A DNA stretch of 62,752 nucleotides, filler included, from Asterionella formosa (Eukaryota): NCBI GenBank assembly GCA_002256025.1. It is 19 parts of 19 records of this genome, joined end to end, with 100 filler letters (N's around TTAATTAATTAA, not from the genome) between each part and the next. Parts side by side here need not be neighbours in the genome. Positions count along the whole stretch, not along the records: positions 59,554 to 62,752 come from NKIB01014364.1; 18 more parts are not named here. The stretch is one strand, 5' to 3'. The notes beneath the pieces were generated by a model. It made no database searches, was not told the origin of the DNA, and worked only from the letters and a program-made list of their open reading frames with translations. This document shows positions 59,554 to 62,752 of this stretch, piece by piece (the first letter of the stretch is position 1; every line of letters starts with the position of its first letter). A program made the translations under genes and the position numbers.

Positions 59554-62500
59554 TTTCTCCAACACACTCCTGCTGGACACGGATGCTCACTTTGAATTCA
59601 TAATTTGCTGACGAAAATGAATAAATTTCGTTCCAACCAGTGGTTTCGTCATGTAGTCTGCTATCATTGCATCCGATGGACAGTACTTGATTTGTACTTC
59701 CTTTCTTTCAATAAGATCAGTAATATAAAAATATTTGATGTTGAAATGTCGCGTGCGTTTTCCTGAACTTGCTTTTCCATTTGCTTCTAGCTTCATTGCG
59801 CTAGTGTTGTCACGGTAAATGACATTCGTAGTCACCTTGTGTCCTTGTGCTTCAATAAATAATTTCGTCCATAACACCTTTGATATAATGTCATCGACAC
59901 CAACCAATTCTGCTTCAGTCGAACTTCTAGTGTTCACTTTCTGTTTCGTAGACATTAGAACAAATAATTCCGTTTCCAAGTGACAGTGTAGCTCCTATGT
60001 GACTTTTAAAATCTTTGTGTACCTCAAACGCTGCATCAACGTACCATTTAATGCTCTGAGTGTCATCAGCACTCATAGATGCAACCTCATTCTGAGTTGC
60101 TTTCAAGAAATTCATGATCTTGACTAATTTTGCCCAATCGCCTTCATTCGGTTTTGTAGTTTGGGTTGCCAAAGAAAAATGCGACTCCTGGTTGAATGTC
60201 CTGTCTTCCTCGCTTACATAGAAAAATTCTTTTCATAACAAAAGTATGAAATATTTTTGCTTTTTCATATTCAAGCTTCTTTGATTTCGTATCAACTGTG
60301 AACAATTTATCTGTCCATGGAAATTTTCCAACTCCTTCAAGTTTGTCTGGAAAATCATCAATCATTGATTTCACATATTTGGTCATGTCCACCCTCAACA
60401 CTCCTGGAAGAGAGTAACCTAGTGTCAATGCCAAATAATCATGCTTCTTTCCACGCATGACCTTGACTTCACCAATTTCGTCAGAAGCGTATTTCTATTT
60501 GATCCATTCCAAAAATTGATCATTCACTTTCCTGTCCACATGACTTGATTTCAAATCGTCTACGTGCCAAGTAACTGTGTGCTGTTTGCCATTAACAGTG
60601 CGATTTGCAATGCATGGATCATATGGATTGACCTTGAATCCAATTGACTCAAAATCCTTCCGAAATTTCTTGTAATATAATAATGATGACTGTAACATGC
60701 CATATAATGCCTTGATCATCCTAACATATAGGACCTTGTTGTTCCCTTCATAAACAACATATTTTTCATAAGTCTCGGGGCTGAGTTCTGTCAACATATT
60801 GACAAGTAAACCTCTAATCTTCATAATGATTCGTTCCCCTTTTTCTTTCTCATCGATATCCACTTGCACAAATGCATTGGGTATATCCGCAGTCATAACA
60901 TCGCGATTTTGCTTCGCATCAATTGTTGCTGTTATCATAACAGATTCAGTCATGGTAGTTGGACTAGCTGCTTCATCTCTTTCCATGTATTCACGTTGCG
61001 AACTGCCATTGGCACATGCTCTGCCTTTAATGCTCTTATCTCTCTTTTCAACCAAAAAAATTAGGCTTTCCATTGCACGTCGCTTTTCGATATCGGTTAG
61101 GTCTTCAATCCTAATCGGTTCAAACACAACTCTATCATGTAGTTGTTTCATTTCTTTATAGGCAGCGTCTCTTCCTTTCTGGCCAAATTTCTTGAGGCCT
61201 TTCCTTAAGCTGTATGACTGAACAAAGTGAAATGCTTCTTTATCGATACACATCTCATTCATATAACACATTGTCTTTGCGATCACTTTCGCATTATCAG
61301 TCGTGTATTCTTCTCGACAGTGTGCTTGGGTATGCAAATGATTTTGGACCATAGTTAGTTTTGATGGTGGTCTTGAGACTCTTCCAGACCTTGTAGTTCT
61401 AACATTTGGGTCTGAGTCATCCTGAGTGCTTGGATTGACTTCTAACATTGCCTCTTCATTTTCAGTTTCATTTGCTGGCTCTTCATCCTCATCTTGGATA
61501 TCATCTGCATTCATTTCGATATTATTCTCATTGTTGCCCTCGTCAGGTTCAGGGTCATCCTCTTGAGTATTGTCGTTTAATTCGAGCTGTTCTGCTTCAT
61601 ATATTTCATCCGGAGTCATTGCGTCATAGTCTTCTTCTCCGAGAATTTCATCATTGCTTTCGTTGTCACTAGCATCTTGATCTTCATAATCTTCATCTTG
61701 TGCATCTTCAAATGCTTCGTTATCATAATCCACTCCTGCAATCCAAGCACTATCATAAAATAGTTGTCCTGTTCGATTTGATATCTTGAGACCATCTGGC
61801 ATATTTTCTTGCACAGCAAGGGCGTGTACTTGATTCATGATTGCTGGGGTAAGTGGTAGAGGAGTAATTGTTCGTCTAGTGATCAATGAATTTGTAGGTA
61901 GGTGTAACAATTCATGACCTCCTTGCACATTGTCATTGTAGCGTAGAAAAATGCAATCTAGGCTGCGGGGTGCATTAGTGTTTGAAAACACAGGTTCTTC
62001 ATGTGCTTGGACATAAGTGCCAAATGTATACTGGCAATGTCGAGCATAGTCCAGGTTTCGTTGATGTAAAATCATACGAGGACTGTAATACGGGGATATC
62101 CCGTTCTTTGCCGGAAAGAAATTCAGTTTCCTTGCAGATTCTGTCACTAGAATCTTAATCATCAGTCGCGGCAAATGTTTGAAAGGTAATCGATGATAAG
62201 CTGCGCGCACGCGTTCTTTAATCACTCGATTATTTCGCTCCGCTTCGGGAACATGTTCTTGTGGGTTTGCGTAGTTCATAGTGACTTGAAATTCATTGGA
62301 AATTTGTTCCATCAAAGGTCGAAACTCGTTGTCACAGTGGATTGTTGTAATTTTAAATCCTCCGGTATTATAAACACGGAATACTTGAATCAAAGCATCT
62401 CGATAGACTTCAGCTGTCTGATTCTTGACCCATTGCGCTGTCCTATACATAATGTTTCGAGAAATTGTTGTGAGAAATGATTGTCCATTGACTTTCATTC

Positions 62501-62752
62501 CGTCCATGCAAAGAGTCACTTCGCGTTGAGCTTGAATAAGCTCCTTAGGAATCTCGATGTAGTCGTTCACGACTGGCAGCGGCTTGCGACGAGTTGTCTT
62601 GCCTTTTAGTGTTCCGATGTCAGGCCCAAAAATTTTCTCTGCAATTTTGATATCATCGGTAGTCACTGGATTATTGTTGATCGTATTCATACGAATTATT
62701 GCCTTGAAATCATTAATTGATGGTGTACCCAAGGCATGAAATAGATCACGAG
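59554..62752 (-). mobile_element. Diatom-type Ty1/Copia (CoDi-like) pol: integrase-RT-RNase H, frameshifted, with PPT and start of the 3' LTR
   Basis: Integrase HCDNEF...EHVPEAERNNRVIKER, RT ADIPNAF/KALYGM/WHVDDLK, RNase H YVDAAF/SSTEAEL/ADYMTKPL. CAGGAGTG is followed by TGTTGG at 59564 (minus strand). Confidence 0.95.

Noticed and set aside
60144..60500. Programmed frameshifting in Copia pol
   Set aside because: Several independent frameshifts within RT/RNase H fit mutational decay or sequencing error better.
1..62752. Operon-like or defence-island reading of gene neighbourhoods
   Set aside because: The DNA is eukaryotic and the contigs are unrelated, so synteny across spacers is invalid.

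Overview
This window is not one locus. It is 19 short eukaryotic contigs (~3.2 kb each, in decreasing length order) joined by artificial 100-bp spacers (N44-TTAATTAATTAA-N44), so adjacency across spacers means nothing. Gene content points to a diatom or a close photosynthetic stramenopile: CoDi-type Copia, a bipartite plastid-targeting peptide, a PGRL1 fragment, short GT-AG introns and stramenopile Crypton. Host genes: a spliced WCPPC thioredoxin, a CS/NudC-like protein, an RNase Z-like MBL hydrolase, an aldo-keto reductase (partial), a DUF21/CNNM protein, an F-box/Lon-N protein, a CAMK-like kinase, a His-rich/acidic-repeat type I membrane protein, an LRR-ankyrin-kinase, a plastid NusG-KOW-SAP protein and a coiled-coil protein. 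About half of the window is decayed mobile DNA: two Copia, one Gypsy, one Crypton, a LINE remnant, two Plavaka/CMC-like transposases, a Ulp1-like remnant and MITEs. The most notable observations are: (i) a multi-copy mosaic repeat carrying a captured PGRL1 exon plus micro-exon/intron arrays; (ii) a two-copy structured RNA-like element next to a tRNA-like Pol III head (SINE or ncRNA candidate); (iii) a candidate biosilica/metal-binding membrane protein; (iv) an LRR-ANK-kinase frameshifted by a 19-nt duplication; and (v) a NusG-SAP plastid protein. All family assignments come from motif recognition by eye; no database searches were run.
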